Origin: Candidatus Anderseniibacteriota bacterium
GTDB taxonomy: Bacteria; Patescibacteriota; JAUYIX01
NCBI GenBank assembly: GCA_046350855.1
Contig: JAXLZM010000002.1
Coordinates: 142,103 to 206,102 of the forward strand
Reading direction: 5' to 3'
DNA length: 64,000 nt
Below are positions 63,266 through 64,000 of this stretch, piece by piece (position 1 is the first letter of the stretch; every line of letters starts with the position of its first letter). A program made the translations under genes and the position numbers. Under the pieces are notes generated by a model. That model was not told the DNA's origin, made no database searches, and saw nothing but the letters and a program-made list of their open reading frames with translations.

Positions 63266-64000
63266 AAATTGAAAATCGGAATTGGAAGCCGAAATGGGGT
63301 CGCGCCGCAGGCGGCAAACATTCCCGCCAAAATTCCCGAATCCAAAGGTTTTTCCACGCTCCGCGTGGCACCTCAAAAAGTACGGTTCGATCGCCAATTT
63401 GAAAGTTCGAACCGCCGACTTTTTTGAACAAATGAAGTTTCTCTTCATTTGTTCCCTCGTTTGCCAATTCATATTGTATTTCAAAAACTTTTCGGTAAGT
63501 TCGAACCGATTATTCGCTTTTTGCTCGAAAGCCGATAATTTCTCTTTGAGAAATGTTTTTGACTAACCAACACACTTTTAGCGTCCGATATTCCTCTAGT
63601 GAAAGTGCGTTCTCTAGGTAAGCGTTCATCAGCTTCTCAATCTTGGAATCCAAGAGAAATATCGGCTTTTGTTTTGTCTGCAAAAAGCGTAGACGATTGG
63701 GCCTCCGCAATTTATCTTTTTTCGTTTTCCACTAACATCCATTTAGCCCAATCGTCTGGCAAAGAAACTTTGATTTCTTTTTGAATTTCGGAAGTGATGA
63801 TTTCCTCACGAGTATATTTTTGAGCGCAAGGATTTTCCGTTTAGTACATCGTAAATAGTTATGTCCTTTTTGGGTTTCGGTGGTAATGAAACAGCCACAT
63901 TCTCCGCAACGGAAAAATCCATGATACAAATATGGTTTCAAACCTCGCGACACCGGTTTAGATTTTCTCATCATCACTTCCTGAACAGAATCAAAAAGTT
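63246..64000 (-). mobile_element. 3' part of a large serine recombinase at the edge of a tRNA-integrated element (frameshifted, truncated by window)
   Basis: Zn ribbon FRCGECGC.IT...YLRC, coiled coil KLMNAYLE..LSLEEY, GSNF tail reading into the tRNA 3' end; abrupt AT-rich shift. Confidence 0.75.

Overview
Bacterial chromosome segment, most likely from a Patescibacteria/CPR genome. This is inferred from the gene mix (rpsF-ssb-rpsR, secG-family-5 SBP-rnj, many GT-C proteins, HQLRTP-type kinase, tRNA-adjacent serine recombinase). TGA is used as a stop (code 11). From left to right: recA 3' part; rpsF-ssb-rpsR; a ~14-kb surface-glycosylation cluster; ychF, a divergent phosphohexomutase, trpS, rnj, an SBP and secG; a GH18 + cell-wall-binding-2 hydrolase facing away from a secreted HExxH protein; uvrC and uvrA; a run of small accessory genes; an ~11.8-kb, largely AT-richer divergent island (42139-53895); more envelope genes; CIRCE-groES-groEL; tRNA-Ser(GGA); and the edge of an integrated element. 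The best candidate for an undescribed system is the island. It has three copies of a [multi-pass membrane protein + ~92-aa soluble protein] module and three histidine kinases, two of which have complementary defects (one lacks the phospho-His, the other has a degenerate ATPase domain). It also encodes a PLP enzyme, a DUF2156 GNAT-fold protein, a pyruvoyl decarboxylase and an EamA exporter, and no response regulator. Other highlights are pervasive leaderless gene starts versus a few SD-led orphan units, a structured ~380-nt minus-strand transcript, and a long structured groES leader. Clustered frameshifts (groEL, uvrC, 48.3-51.1 kb, 29.3-29.7 kb, 63.2-64 kb) look like read/assembly errors. All family assignments are by eye from motifs; no searches were run.
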